Source: Candidatus Caccovivens faecavium (GTDB lineage Bacteria; Bacillota; Clostridia; Christensenellales; UBA1242). From it: DNA of 64,000 nt. Positions 44,535 through 54,527 of this stretch are shown piece by piece (the first letter of the stretch is position 1; the number at the start of each line of letters is the position of its first letter). Both the position numbers and the translations under genes were made by a program. The notes below the pieces were generated by a model, which was given only the letters and a program-made list of their open reading frames with translations, had not been told where the DNA came from and did not search any database. The stretch lies in contig DVLK01000098.1 of the NCBI GenBank assembly GCA_018715545.1, positions 9,101 through 73,100 on the forward strand, given 5' to 3'.

Positions 44535-46931
44535 ATGAAAATTTCTTATAGTTGGCTTAAAGATTTTGTAGATATAAATATATCACCAGAGGAGCTCGCT
44601 GAGAAGCTTACCGTTTCTGGTTTTGAGGTGGAAGAGGTTATCTATCAAAATGAACATCTCCATGATGTATATGTAGGAAAAATCACAAGAATTGAAAAGC
44701 ATAAAGATGCAGATAAATTACAAGTTTGTACAGTCGATGTTGGAGATAAGATTGTGCAGATTATAACATCGGCAACAAATGTGTTTGAAGGCGCGCTTGT
44801 GCCTGTGTCACTCGAAGGTGCTGACTTATGCAATGGTGTAAAAATTAAGCCTACCAATTTTAGAGGCGTTAAGAGCGATGGCATGTTCTGCTCTGGTGAA
44901 GAACTCGGTATTGACGAAAATTATATTGAAGGTGGCGGGGTTAACGGCATTTTGATTTTGCCTGAAAATACGAAGATAGGCGCAAAAATTGAGGATGCTC
45001 TTCTTCTCAACGATGTTGTGTTCGATGTCAATGTCACACCAAATCGTCCAGATTGCAACAGTGTGATAGGAATTGCGCGTGAAGTTTCGGCTATCTATGA
45101 TGTGCCTTTAAAAGATGTTGATTATTCCTATAAGACATGTGGCGGAAATGTCAATGATTATATAAGTGTGGAAGTAAAGACAAAGAAGTGTCCGCGCTAT
45201 ATGGCGTCATATATAAAAGACTTAAATCTTTCGCGTTCTCCACTTTGGCTTAGGTCTAGACTTTTTGCTTGTGGAATTAAGCCGATAAACAAGATTGTTG
45301 ATATAACAAATTATGTGCTTGTTGAGCAAGGTCAACCTATGCATGCGTTTGAATATAATCATCTTGCTGGCAAGAAGATTGTTGTGCGCGATGCAAAGAA
45401 AGGTGAGAAAATTGCTGTTTTAAATGGTAATACCTATGAACTTGATGAAAATGACATGGTTATAGCTGACAGCGAAAAGCCTGTTGTTATTGCAGGTATC
45501 ATCGGTGGAGTTAATTCTTGCGTAGAACCTAGCACAAAAGAAACTGTCTTTGAATGTGCTGTTTTTGACCTAAAAAGTGTAAGACTTACAAGTAGAAAGA
45601 TTGGAGTTAGCACTGATTCGTCAATGAGATATTCAAAAGGCGTCTATGTTGACACGCCAGTAAAAGCCTTGAAGCGTGCTTTACATCTTGTAAATGCTTT
45701 GGATGCTGGAAAGATTGTGGATGGTATTATTGATAAATGCGATGTAAAATCAAAAGTTCGCTTTTTCACGGCTTCAATGAGTAAAATAGACAAAATCTTA
45801 GGGGTTAAGATTGACAGAGATAGGGTTTTACAGATTTTAAACAGCTTAGGAATAAAGTCCACTTTGAATGGCGACAATCTTCATGTTGAGCCTCCATACT
45901 ATCGTGAAGATATCGAATGTGAGAATGATATCGCAGAAGAACTCATCCGTATCTATGGTTATGATATCTATAACAATCTTGAAGGCGAGGCTTTTGAAAA
46001 TTCTTCTGTAACTGTCGGAGCTTATGAACCAAGACTTGTTTTTGAAAACAACTTAAAAAATGAACTTGTAGATTTTGGTTTCTATGAAACTTTAAATTAC
46101 TCTTTATATTCGTCAACAGCTTGCGATAAGCTTTTAATCGACGATGAAAGAAAGAATGTTATAAAAATAGCAAATCCTATAAGCGAAGAGCTTTCAACTG
46201 TAAGAACGGTTATGGCTCACGCATTACTACTTGATATAAAATTTAACCTTTCGGTTGGAAATAAAGATTTACGCTTTTTTGAAGTCGGAAAAGTTTATCA
46301 GCCAAAAGCTTTACCTCTTACAGAACTACCTGTTGAAAATAACAGATTGTCAATCGCTGTGTGTGAGGACGGTTATGACTTCTTTATGCTTAAAAATGTC
46401 ATTGAAAATTTACTAGTTACAACATCATTAAAGTATAAATTAGAGCGTTCTACTGAACCATATCTTCACAGTGGTGTCAGCGCTGATATCATCGCAGAGG
46501 ATGGCAGAAAGGTTGGATACTTTGGAAAAATTCATCCAAAGGTGTTAAAGAACTACGATATCTCTCATGATGTCTATTATGCCGAGCTTGACACAGACTA
46601 CCTATCAGGCTTGAAAGAAAAAACATATAGCGTTAAAGAAGTGTCGAAATTCGCTGAGGTTGAGCGTGATATTGCGGTTGTAGTTGATGAAGAAGTTACA
46701 AATGGAGAACTCACTTCTGCAATAAAGTCTGCTTGCGGAAAGTTGTTTGTAAAAGCAGAACTTTTCGATGTGTATAGAAACATAAGTCTTGGTGAAAATA
46801 AGAAGAGTATGGCTTATAAAATTCATCTATTAAATGAAGAAAAAACTATGACCGCTGAGGAAATTAACGCTGTTATAAATAAAGTATTGAAAAGTTTGGA
46901 ATATCGCTATAAAGCAAAACTTCGTGCATAA
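44535..46931 (+). CDS. pheT: Phenylalanyl-tRNA synthetase beta subunit
   Basis: The canonical start MKISYSWLKDFV is at 44535 after AAGGAGAAAG. The ORF-track start at 44466 is an upstream in-frame extension. Confidence 0.95.
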   Translation: MKISYSWLKDFVDINISPEELAEKLTVSGFEVEEVIYQNEHLHDVYVGKITRIEKHKDADKLQVCTVDVGDKIVQIITSATNVFEGALVPVSLEGADLCNGVKIKPTNFRGVKSDGMFCSGEELGIDENYIEGGGVNGILILPENTKIGAKIEDALLLNDVVFDVNVTPNRPDCNSVIGIAREVSAIYDVPLKDVDYSYKTCGGNVNDYISVEVKTKKCPRYMASYIKDLNLSRSPLWLRSRLFACGIKPINKIVDITNYVLVEQGQPMHAFEYNHLAGKKIVVRDAKKGEKIAVLNGNTYELDENDMVIADSEKPVVIAGIIGGVNSCVEPSTKETVFECAVFDLKSVRLTSRKIGVSTDSSMRYSKGVYVDTPVKALKRALHLVNALDAGKIVDGIIDKCDVKSKVRFFTASMSKIDKILGVKIDRDRVLQILNSLGIKSTLNGDNLHVEPPYYREDIECENDIAEELIRIYGYDIYNNLEGEAFENSSVTVGAYEPRLVFENNLKNELVDFGFYETLNYSLYSSTACDKLLIDDERKNVIKIANPISEELSTVRTVMAHALLLDIKFNLSVGNKDLRFFEVGKVYQPKALPLTELPVENNRLSIAVCEDGYDFFMLKNVIENLLVTTSLKYKLERSTEPYLHSGVSADIIAEDGRKVGYFGKIHPKVLKNYDISHDVYYAELDTDYLSGLKEKTYSVKEVSKFAEVERDIAVVVDEEVTNGELTSAIKSACGKLFVKAELFDVYRNISLGENKKSMAYKIHLLNEEKTMTAEEINAVINKVLKSLEYRYKAKLRA

Positions 46932-46947
46932 CTAACAAAGGAGAAAT

Positions 46948-48069
46948 ATGATTTTTCTTGACAATGCGGGAACAACAAAGATGTTTTCTGAATGTGTGAC
47001 AACATATTCTCATTTTGCGTGCGAGGAATTTTACAATCCTTCTGCTGTATCTCGAAAAAGCGCTTTTGTGCATGCCAAACTTGAAGAGGTTAGAAGAGAT
47101 TGTTTGAAAAAGTTAGGCGCGTTAAAGGGGACTGTCATCTTTACGGGCGGTGCAACTGAGAGCAACAATCTGGCAATAAAGGGCGCAGTCAAAAATGACG
47201 ACTATGAGTATGTCTTTTCAAATGGTGAACATCCTTCTGTTTTTAACATTGCGCGAAGTTTGGAAAATGATGGAAAGGTCGTTAGGTTCGTAGGGCTAGA
47301 TAAGAATGGCAAGGTAAATTTAGATGAACTTGAAAATATGCTAAATAAAAGGACTAAGCTTATAAGTTGTATGCTTGTCAGCAACGAAACGGGCGCCATA
47401 AATGATGTAAAAAAAATTGTTGCACTTAGAAATGAACTTGCTCCGAACGCGCTTGTGCATATTGACGCGGTGCAAGGCTTTATGAAAATACCTTTTTCGG
47501 TCGAGGATTTAGGCGTTGATATGCTTTCGTTTAGCGCACATAAATTTCATGGACCAAAAGGTGTCGGAGGTCTATATGTTCGGTCGCTACAATTAATAAA
47601 AAACATAATTGACGGCGGTGGACAAGAATATGGGCTTCGTTCTGGCACGGAGAATGTTCCGGGTGTTATGGCTATGCAAACGGCACTTTTAAAAATCGAT
47701 GTGAAAGAAAATTTTAAAAACGTGTCAAGACTAAAACAAATTTTTAACGACATAGTGGCTACTGAGAATGGTATAAAGATATTAGATTTTCATGGTTCGC
47801 CATATATTGAGGTGCTTTTATTTAGCGGAGTGAAAGGTGAAACTATGCTTCATGCCTTAGAAGAAAATGGTGTGATTGTCGGACTTGGTAGTGCTTGCTC
47901 TGCAAAAAAAGCAGGAAATCGCATTTTGGAAAACATCGGTTATAGTAAGGAAGAGATAATTTCCTCTTGTAGAATTAGTTTTAATGCGTATATGAATGAA
48001 AGTGAAGTAAAAGAGGCGGGCAAGATAATAATTGAAACTTATAGAGAGATGTTAAAGAGGCTAAACTAA
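46948..48069 (+). CDS. Class V aminotransferase / cysteine desulfurase (NifS/IscS-like), partner of ThiI
   Basis: The PLP-lysine context is SFSAHKFHGPKGVGG. A GSACSAK Cys loop is present. Its stop overlaps the thiI start (TAATG). Confidence 0.85.
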   Translation: MIFLDNAGTTKMFSECVTTYSHFACEEFYNPSAVSRKSAFVHAKLEEVRRDCLKKLGALKGTVIFTGGATESNNLAIKGAVKNDDYEYVFSNGEHPSVFNIARSLENDGKVVRFVGLDKNGKVNLDELENMLNKRTKLISCMLVSNETGAINDVKKIVALRNELAPNALVHIDAVQGFMKIPFSVEDLGVDMLSFSAHKFHGPKGVGGLYVRSLQLIKNIIDGGGQEYGLRSGTENVPGVMAMQTALLKIDVKENFKNVSRLKQIFNDIVATENGIKILDFHGSPYIEVLLFSGVKGETMLHALEENGVIVGLGSACSAKKAGNRILENIGYSKEEIISSCRISFNAYMNESEVKEAGKIIIETYREMLKRLN

Positions 48070-49268
48070 TGGAAGAAAGAAAGGTGCTGTTACTCAAATT
48101 TGGTGAACTGTTTTTAAAAGGTAAAAACAAGCATGAATTTGAAAAATTATTGATGAATAATATTAGGCGTAAACTTAACGGCTATTATTTCTCTTTGCAG
48201 TATACAAGTGGAAGAATAATCCTTGAAAACTATGATGAGTTTGAAGAAAATATCATAATTCAAAAACTGAAAACGGTGTTTGGGCTTATTGGTGTTGCTA
48301 AGGCTGTTGAAATTGACGCTGATTATGAAAATATAAAAAAGTTTGTTTCTGGCATAAAAATATCTGGAACTTTCAAGGTTGTTGCAAAGCGTGCAGACAA
48401 GCGCTATCCACTTACCTCAGTCGAGCTTGAACGAAAGTTAGGTGAGGTGGTTTTAAATTCAAATGAAACGGCAAAGGTAGATTTGCACACTCCAAACACC
48501 ATTCTTTACGCGGAAGTGCGTTTTAATGAAAAGTGCTACATATATTATGAAAACATAAAATGCGTAGGAGGACTTCCTCTTGGTTCTGGCGGAGAGGCAC
48601 TGTTGCTTTTATCTGGTGGTATCGACAGCCCTGTGGCAGGCTACCTCATGGCGAAACGCGGATTGAAACTCGAAGCCGTGCATTTTCATTCCTATCCTTA
48701 CACAAGTGAGCAGGCAAAAGAGAAGGTTATAGAGCTAGCAAGAGAGCTCACAAACTATGTTGATGAAATTAAATTACATATTGTTTCTTTCACGAAAATT
48801 CAAGAACAGATACATATGAACTGCGATGCGGAATACATGATAACTATCATGCGAAGAATTATGATGAGAATTGCAGAAAAAATTTGCAAAAAGGAAAACT
48901 TGGGCGCAATAATCACAGGCGAAAGTTTGGGGCAGGTGGCAAGTCAGACAATGCAAAGTATCAATGTGACAAACTCTGTTGTTACCCTTCCTGTCTTTCG
49001 TCCGCTAATTGGTTTTGACAAAGAAGATATTATGGATATTGCAAAGAACATAGGCACCTATGAAACTTCCATTCTTCCTTATGAAGATTGTTGCACGGTG
49101 TTTTTGCCGAAATATCCGGTCATAAAGCCAACAATAAAAAGAGCTGAACATCTTGAAAAGTTTTTAAATATCGACCTCTTAGTAAACGAGGCGATTAATA
49201 ACGAAGAGGTGGTAGTTATTAAAAATTGGTTTATAGAGCATGGCGAAAGTATGCAAGTCTTTCTATAA
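48069..49268 (+). CDS. thiI: tRNA 4-thiouridine synthase ThiI (THUMP plus PP-loop, no rhodanese domain)
   Basis: LLKFGELFLKGKN start and the PP-loop LLLLSGGIDSPVAG. Confidence 0.92.
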   Translation: MEERKVLLLKFGELFLKGKNKHEFEKLLMNNIRRKLNGYYFSLQYTSGRIILENYDEFEENIIIQKLKTVFGLIGVAKAVEIDADYENIKKFVSGIKISGTFKVVAKRADKRYPLTSVELERKLGEVVLNSNETAKVDLHTPNTILYAEVRFNEKCYIYYENIKCVGGLPLGSGGEALLLLSGGIDSPVAGYLMAKRGLKLEAVHFHSYPYTSEQAKEKVIELARELTNYVDEIKLHIVSFTKIQEQIHMNCDAEYMITIMRRIMMRIAEKICKKENLGAIITGESLGQVASQTMQSINVTNSVVTLPVFRPLIGFDKEDIMDIAKNIGTYETSILPYEDCCTVFLPKYPVIKPTIKRAEHLEKFLNIDLLVNEAINNEEVVVIKNWFIEHGESMQVFL

Positions 49269-49321
49269 ATATAATTTTTAAAAACATAAATTTCCACTTT
49301 TTTAAATTTATATAAAAAATT

Positions 49322-49363
49322 AATGAATAAATATGCAAAATTTCACTTGCATATTTATTAATT
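49322..49363. promoter_or_regulatory. Pair of inverted ARG boxes overlapping the argR promoter
   Basis: AATGAATAAATATGCAAA (49322-49339) and its near-perfect inverted copy CTTGCATATTTATTAATT (49346-49363). These compare with the consensus TNTGAATWWWWATTCANW. The promoter is TTGCAT (49347-49352), 17 nt spacer, TATAAT (49370-49375). Confidence 0.6.
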
Positions 49364-49469
49364 TTATTGTATAATAATTAAAACAACCTGAATAAGTATA
49401 AATTTATATTTATGCAAAAATCTTTACAAGTGCCTAAAATAGGCGCATGTAGCTGATAAGGAGAGAAAT

Positions 49470-49922
49470 ATGGCAAGAAGTTTAAGACAATCAAAAATCT
49501 TAGAGCTTATCTCTGTGAAGGAGATTGAAACTCAGGATGAGCTTGCGAAAGAGCTAAAAAATGCCAATTTTGATATCACGCAAGCCACAATTTCCAGAGA
49601 TATTAAAGAGCTTGGACTTACCAAAATTTTATCTTCTAGCGGTAAATACAAGTATGCGATTTTGGGTAACGAACAGCAGGGCGTGTCGAGCAAATATATA
49701 AATATTTTTAAGGAATGTGTCATCTCTGTTAAAAACGCTCTTAATCTTGCCGTGATTAAAACTATCAAAGGTATGGGAGGAAGTGTCGCTTCTTTTATCG
49801 ACAAGCTTAATCTTATTGACCTTATGGGAACCACCTTTGGCGACGACACCGTGCTTTTAATTTTTCCGTCAACCGCGCTTTCTAGTGAGGCGGTTGTTAC
49901 ACTTAACAATATTTTAGTTTAG
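49470..49922 (+). CDS. argR: Arginine repressor ArgR/AhrC
   Basis: RQSKILELISVKEIETQDELAKELKNANFDITQATISRDIKEL, with recN immediately downstream as in Bacillus. Confidence 0.93.
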   Translation: MARSLRQSKILELISVKEIETQDELAKELKNANFDITQATISRDIKELGLTKILSSSGKYKYAILGNEQQGVSSKYINIFKECVISVKNALNLAVIKTIKGMGGSVASFIDKLNLIDLMGTTFGDDTVLLIFPSTALSSEAVVTLNNILV

Positions 49923-49930
49923 GAGGAAGT

Positions 49931-51583
49931 ATGCTTTCTTCTCTTTTTATTTCTAACTTTGCTCTCATTAAGACTTGCGAAATTAATTTTAATAAAGGCT
50001 TTAATGTCATTTTAGGTCAGTCAGGTGCTGGCAAGAGTATTCTTATTGATGCTATAAGTTTTGTTTTAGGCGCAAAGGCAGATAAGACGCTCATGCGAAC
50101 AGGCGAAAACTTAATGAAAGTCGAAGCTGTGTTTGATAATATAAGTGAAAAAACAAAGAAAAAACTTGAAGATATTGGAGTGGAATGTGATGACGAACTT
50201 ATCATATCGCGTTCCCTAAACTCTGACGGCAAAAGTGTAATACGCGTCAACGGATCAGTTGTGGTCTTAAAAAATCTTAGAGATATCACTGAGGACTTTG
50301 TTGATTTTTGTGGTCAGCATGACAGTGTAGGGTTAATAAATGTAAATAACCATCTTGCTCTTTTAGATAGTTTTATTGGGCGCGAGGCAGAGGAACACTT
50401 AAAAACTCTCAATTCCTATTTTGATGAGCTTCAAGAAATTGATAAAAAAATTAAAGCGTTAGGCGGGGATGATGCTGAGCGAAACAGATTAAAGGAAATT
50501 TTAAAATTCCAAATAGACGAAATCGAAAACGCCAATCTCATAACTGGTGAGGAAGAGGAGCTTAAAGAGAAGTTCAACTACATATCAGCTTCTGAAAAGA
50601 TAAGCGAAAATCTAAGTTTAGCACTTAATTATTTGGAGCGTGAAAGTGTTTCAGCTTCTGGACTTGTCTTTGATGCCAAAGCTCTTTTATCGTCACTATC
50701 TGAGTTTGATAACATTTCTGATTGTCAAGATAGGCTAAACAGTGTTTACTACGAGCTTAAAGATATTGCGGAAACCTTGGAGAATATTCTTGATAACACT
50801 GATTATGACCCAGTAAGTTTAGAGCGAATTGATAAACGACTTGATTTAATTAAAGATTTGAAACGCAAGTATGGAAAAAATATTGAAGAAATTTTAAAGT
50901 TCTTGAAAGACGCCAAAGGCAAGTTGGAAGAGTTAAATAACGGCGAAGAGCTTTTAACTCTTTTAGACAGGCAAAGAAGCGAGCTATTAGGAAAAATTGA
51001 GGATGCATCTTCCAAGCTTTCTGCATTAAGAAAGGAAAAGGCAAAGGCTTTTGAAAGTAAGCTTGAAAAAGAATTAAATGACCTACAAATGAAAGGCACA
51101 AGTTTTAAAGTTAATTTTGAGAAAGGCGAGCTATCGCGAAAAGGTCAAGACGAGGTTAAGTTTGTCTTTTCCGCAAATATCGGAGAGGAGCTTAAAGATT
51201 TATCTAAAACGGCATCTGGCGGTGAACTTTCAAGGCTTCTTCTTGCTTTTAAAAATATTATGCTTGATAAAGAAAGTACGGTTATCTTTGATGAAATTGA
51301 CTCAGGTATAAGCGGTCAGACAGCAGGAAAGGTAGCCGAGAAGCTAAAAAATATCTCAAAATATCTTCAAACAATCTGTATAACACATACGCCAGTGGTT
51401 GCAAGTAAGGGCGATGAGTTTATTTTGGTTACAAAGGAAAGTGGTAATGGCGAAACAGTTTCTAATGCACAGATAATTCATGGCGATGAAGTTGTCAGAG
51501 AAATCGCCAACCTAATTGATGGAAGCGAAAAAATTTCAAAAACAGCCATAAATCACGCCAAAGAATTGTTGTTGAAGAAGTAA
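49931..51583 (+). CDS. recN: DNA repair protein RecN
   Basis: Walker A GQSGAGKS, a long coiled coil, the signature SGGELSRLLLA, and Walker B VIFDEIDSG. Confidence 0.95.
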   Translation: MLSSLFISNFALIKTCEINFNKGFNVILGQSGAGKSILIDAISFVLGAKADKTLMRTGENLMKVEAVFDNISEKTKKKLEDIGVECDDELIISRSLNSDGKSVIRVNGSVVVLKNLRDITEDFVDFCGQHDSVGLINVNNHLALLDSFIGREAEEHLKTLNSYFDELQEIDKKIKALGGDDAERNRLKEILKFQIDEIENANLITGEEEELKEKFNYISASEKISENLSLALNYLERESVSASGLVFDAKALLSSLSEFDNISDCQDRLNSVYYELKDIAETLENILDNTDYDPVSLERIDKRLDLIKDLKRKYGKNIEEILKFLKDAKGKLEELNNGEELLTLLDRQRSELLGKIEDASSKLSALRKEKAKAFESKLEKELNDLQMKGTSFKVNFEKGELSRKGQDEVKFVFSANIGEELKDLSKTASGGELSRLLLAFKNIMLDKESTVIFDEIDSGISGQTAGKVAEKLKNISKYLQTICITHTPVVASKGDEFILVTKESGNGETVSNAQIIHGDEVVREIANLIDGSEKISKTAINHAKELLLKK

Positions 51584-51675
51584 ATAAAAATTGGAGCATT
51601 AATTATTTTACCGAGAAGCTTGACAAAATAATTTAGAGTTTATATCATGTTTTCAGGTAAATTAAGGAGGTTTGT

Positions 51676-52317
51676 ATGGAAATTTTTGTTTCAGGAGAAG
51701 GGAGAAAAGAGCTAGCGCCAAATTTAATTGGCTTAGATTACACATTTAAGGCAAAAGAAAAAACTTATGAAAAGGCAGTTGAGATAGGTACAAAAATAGT
51801 AGCTGATTATTTGCAATTTTTAATTGGCGAAGGCTTTGATAAAAGGGAATTTAAAACATCTAGTATGCGTGTAAGCGAAGCTAGTACTTATGACGGAAAA
51901 ACTAAAAAATACATAAAAGATGGGTATCTTTTTGTCCAAGAAGCGAGCATTGAATTTGATTATGACTTAAAGCGCATGGCAAAAATAATTGAAGCAACTT
52001 CAAAACTAAAAACGCCACCAACCTATAAAATAGTTTTCGATATTAAAGATAAAGCACAAATGGAAGATGAAATTGTCACGCTTGCAGTCCTTGATGCAAA
52101 GCATAAAGCAGAAAATATCGCAAAGGCAATGGGCAAGCAGATTAAAGAATGTAAAAGGGTGGAATATTCTGCAAATGCTAGGGGATTTTCTGGGCACTAC
52201 GATATGATGGAATGTCGAATGATGTCAAAAGAAAGCTCCGCTCAAAACATAGAACAGGTATTTGTGCCAGAAGATATAGTATTGACGAAATCGGTTAATT
52301 GTGTTTTTGACGCTTAG
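51676..52317 (+). CDS. SIMPL (DUF541)-like protein, no signal peptide seen
   Basis: The start MEIFVSGEGRKELAPNLIGLDYTF resembles the SIMPL pattern (I.V.G.G...V.PD.A....V). The size of ~210 aa also fits. Confidence 0.5.
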   Translation: MEIFVSGEGRKELAPNLIGLDYTFKAKEKTYEKAVEIGTKIVADYLQFLIGEGFDKREFKTSSMRVSEASTYDGKTKKYIKDGYLFVQEASIEFDYDLKRMAKIIEATSKLKTPPTYKIVFDIKDKAQMEDEIVTLAVLDAKHKAENIAKAMGKQIKECKRVEYSANARGFSGHYDMMECRMMSKESSAQNIEQVFVPEDIVLTKSVNCVFDA

Positions 52318-52331
52318 AAAAATTTAAAAAT

Positions 52332-52380
52332 AAAAGAGAGAAAGTTGTAAGCTATATGGTTAAAATTTCTCTCTTTTTTT
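52332..52380. terminator. Hairpin between the convergent SIMPL-like and JAB-like genes
   Basis: AAAAGAGAGAAA / TTTCTCTCTTTT arms with a 23-nt loop, followed by a T-run. Confidence 0.5.
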
Positions 52381-52391
52381 AATTTTAGCAT

Positions 52392-53156
52392 TTAGTTGTT
52401 TATATTTCTATACATTTCTTCGTTAATTAAATATTTATTTGGAGTGTATGAAGGCAATCGTTCGTTTCCCCAGTATATATTTGGATGCTTATATAGTTTA
52501 TAGCCATTTCCAAAATTTTGGTAGGAAATAACATCAAAATCAGGAACACTGTTAATTAATATATTTCCAAACTGCACATTTTTACCAAATTGCTTGCTTA
52601 TTCTTTCCACTTCTTTTGTTGTTTCAATTAAACCTTTAATATCACACCAACTAGCGTTTGTTCCACTGGCAAAAGGAGAATTTGGACCATACACAGGGGC
52701 TAAATTTGGATGTGTATGACCTTGAAAAAGAACAGGTTTTTTATAATTTGAATGCTTTATAAATTCATTTACCCTTTTATTTATTAGTTGAAAAGAAGGA
52801 GTGTCCCTGTATTCATCTTCAAATGCTGTATTGCTTTTTCGACCTTGCCTGATTGCAGTATAGTATTCATCATAGTTTGGAAGAATGTCTGTAATCATCA
52901 CATCACCATTATCTAATTCATAACCAAACATAAAAAATCCTAATTCATTAGCAGTGTTGCGTTTGGCATTTTCACCTAATGTGTTTATTATGTTAGTTAA
53001 TTCTTTGCCTAAATCTTTTGATATAATAATTTTCCCATGTAAAGTAGGAAACATATTTTGAGAAACTAAATTTATCTCTTCATCCGAAGCGACTTTACCT
53101 TTTTCGGCAACATAGCCTAAACCTTGATTTTTTAATACTTGTTCAACAATATGCAT
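52392..53156 (-). CDS. Hypothetical protein with a possible JAB/MPN (JAMM) metalloprotease motif
   Basis: RBS AGGAG. ELGFFMFG (E71), GHTHP (H147/H149) and SWCD (S169/D172) are in JAMM order, but with a ~12-aa longer H-to-S spacing than canonical. Confidence 0.4.
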   Translation of the reverse strand: MHIVEQVLKNQGLGYVAEKGKVASDEEINLVSQNMFPTLHGKIIISKDLGKELTNIINTLGENAKRNTANELGFFMFGYELDNGDVMITDILPNYDEYYTAIRQGRKSNTAFEDEYRDTPSFQLINKRVNEFIKHSNYKKPVLFQGHTHPNLAPVYGPNSPFASGTNASWCDIKGLIETTKEVERISKQFGKNVQFGNILINSVPDFDVISYQNFGNGYKLYKHPNIYWGNERLPSYTPNKYLINEEMYRNINN

Positions 53157-53277
53157 AAATAACTCCTATTAATTATAGTACCATAAAAAATTATAATTAG
53201 CAAGTAGTTCGAATTATCTTTTTATAAAGATAGTATCTCATATTTCAATCATATATCGCGCACTTATGCCATTTCAT

Positions 53278-53306
53278 TTGACAAAATCGTCAAAATATTT
53301 TAAACT
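53278..53306 (+). promoter_or_regulatory. Promoter positioned for a leaderless ruvC transcript
   Basis: TTGACA (53278-53283), 17 nt spacer, TAAACT (53301-53306), 6 nt, ATG (53313). No SD sequence. Confidence 0.55.
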
Positions 53307-53312
53307 TAATGT

Positions 53313-53801
53313 ATGAGAGTTTTAGGTATTGACCCTGGCTATGCAATTGTCGGCTACGGGATTATTGAAACAAGCGAAAATAACAAGGTTATCGACTATG
53401 GGGTTATCGAAACGCCAAAAGAGGATCCATTGCCTATAAGGCTTCAACATATCGACGAGGCGCTTAGGGTTATTTTTGAAACTTATAGGCCAGATGAAGT
53501 TGCTATTGAAGAGCTTTTTTATTTCAAAAATCAAAAAACTGTCATTCAGGTGGCACAGGCGAGAGGGGTGATTGTGCTTGCAAGTCAAAAATATTGCGGA
53601 CGCACCTTTGAATACACACCAATCCAAATCAAGCAGGCGTTAACAGGTAATGGACATGCCGAAAAAAGGCAGATGCAGTATATGGTTAAAAATGTACTTG
53701 GGCTTAAAGATATACCGCGTCCAGACGATGCAGCAGATGCGCTTGCCGTAGCGATATGCCATGGACAAATAAATCCTAGACTGAACTTTAATATGATGTG
53801 A
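53313..53801 (+). CDS. ruvC: Holliday junction resolvase RuvC
   Basis: MRVLGIDPGYAIVGYG, plus EELFYFKN and PDDAADALAVAICH. Confidence 0.95.
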   Translation: MRVLGIDPGYAIVGYGIIETSENNKVIDYGVIETPKEDPLPIRLQHIDEALRVIFETYRPDEVAIEELFYFKNQKTVIQVAQARGVIVLASQKYCGRTFEYTPIQIKQALTGNGHAEKRQMQYMVKNVLGLKDIPRPDDAADALAVAICHGQINPRLNFNMM

Positions 53802-53909
53802 ATAAGGTTTCTTTTTAGATATTTATAAAAATTTACAGATAATATCTAGTTAAATTTACTGAAAGCTTATACTACTTAAAACCTTTTGATAAATTTTATG
53901 TGAGGCGTT

Positions 53910-54515
53910 ATGATTTCATTTTTAGTGGGAACAATTGAAGAAAAATACGAAAATACTCTTGTTTTAGATGTTAATGGAGTTGGCTATGAGCTTCAAATTT
54001 CTAATAATTCGCTTGTTGCTTTACCAAATGCTAATGAAACAACAAAAGTTTATACATATCTTCATGTGAAGGAGGATGGCATTGCTTTATTTGGCTTTGC
54101 CACGCAAGAAGAAAAAGGAATATTTATGAAACTCATCACCGTTTCGGGTGTTGGACCTAAAATGGCAATATCTATTCTTTCAGGCATGAAGATAAGCGAC
54201 CTAATTGTGGCAATTTCGCGCGAAGATGTTTCTCTTCTATCTAAAATCAAGGGCTTAGGAAAAAAAACCGCAGAGCGCATATGCTTGGAGCTTAAAGACA
54301 AGATTTCGGTTGTGGGTTACGGCACAGACTTATTTAATTATAAAGAAAATCTTGACAACTTCTATGATGAAAATGCTCTTAATGACGCCGTAGAAACTTT
54401 AATTAACCTTGGTGTTAATAAAAATGAGGCGTATAGACTAGCACGCGCTAACGCTGGGGATGGTGCAACTGCGGAAGAGATAATCCTAAAAGTTTTGCGC
54501 TTCTTAGGAAGGTAA
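53910..54515 (+). CDS. ruvA: Holliday junction helicase subunit RuvA
   Basis: MISFLVGTI... and the HhH motifs GVGPKMA and GLGKKTAERI. Confidence 0.95.
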   Translation: MISFLVGTIEEKYENTLVLDVNGVGYELQISNNSLVALPNANETTKVYTYLHVKEDGIALFGFATQEEKGIFMKLITVSGVGPKMAISILSGMKISDLIVAISREDVSLLSKIKGLGKKTAERICLELKDKISVVGYGTDLFNYKENLDNFYDENALNDAVETLINLGVNKNEAYRLARANAGDGATAEEIILKVLRFLGR

Positions 54516-54527
54516 GTGAGGTGAAAT

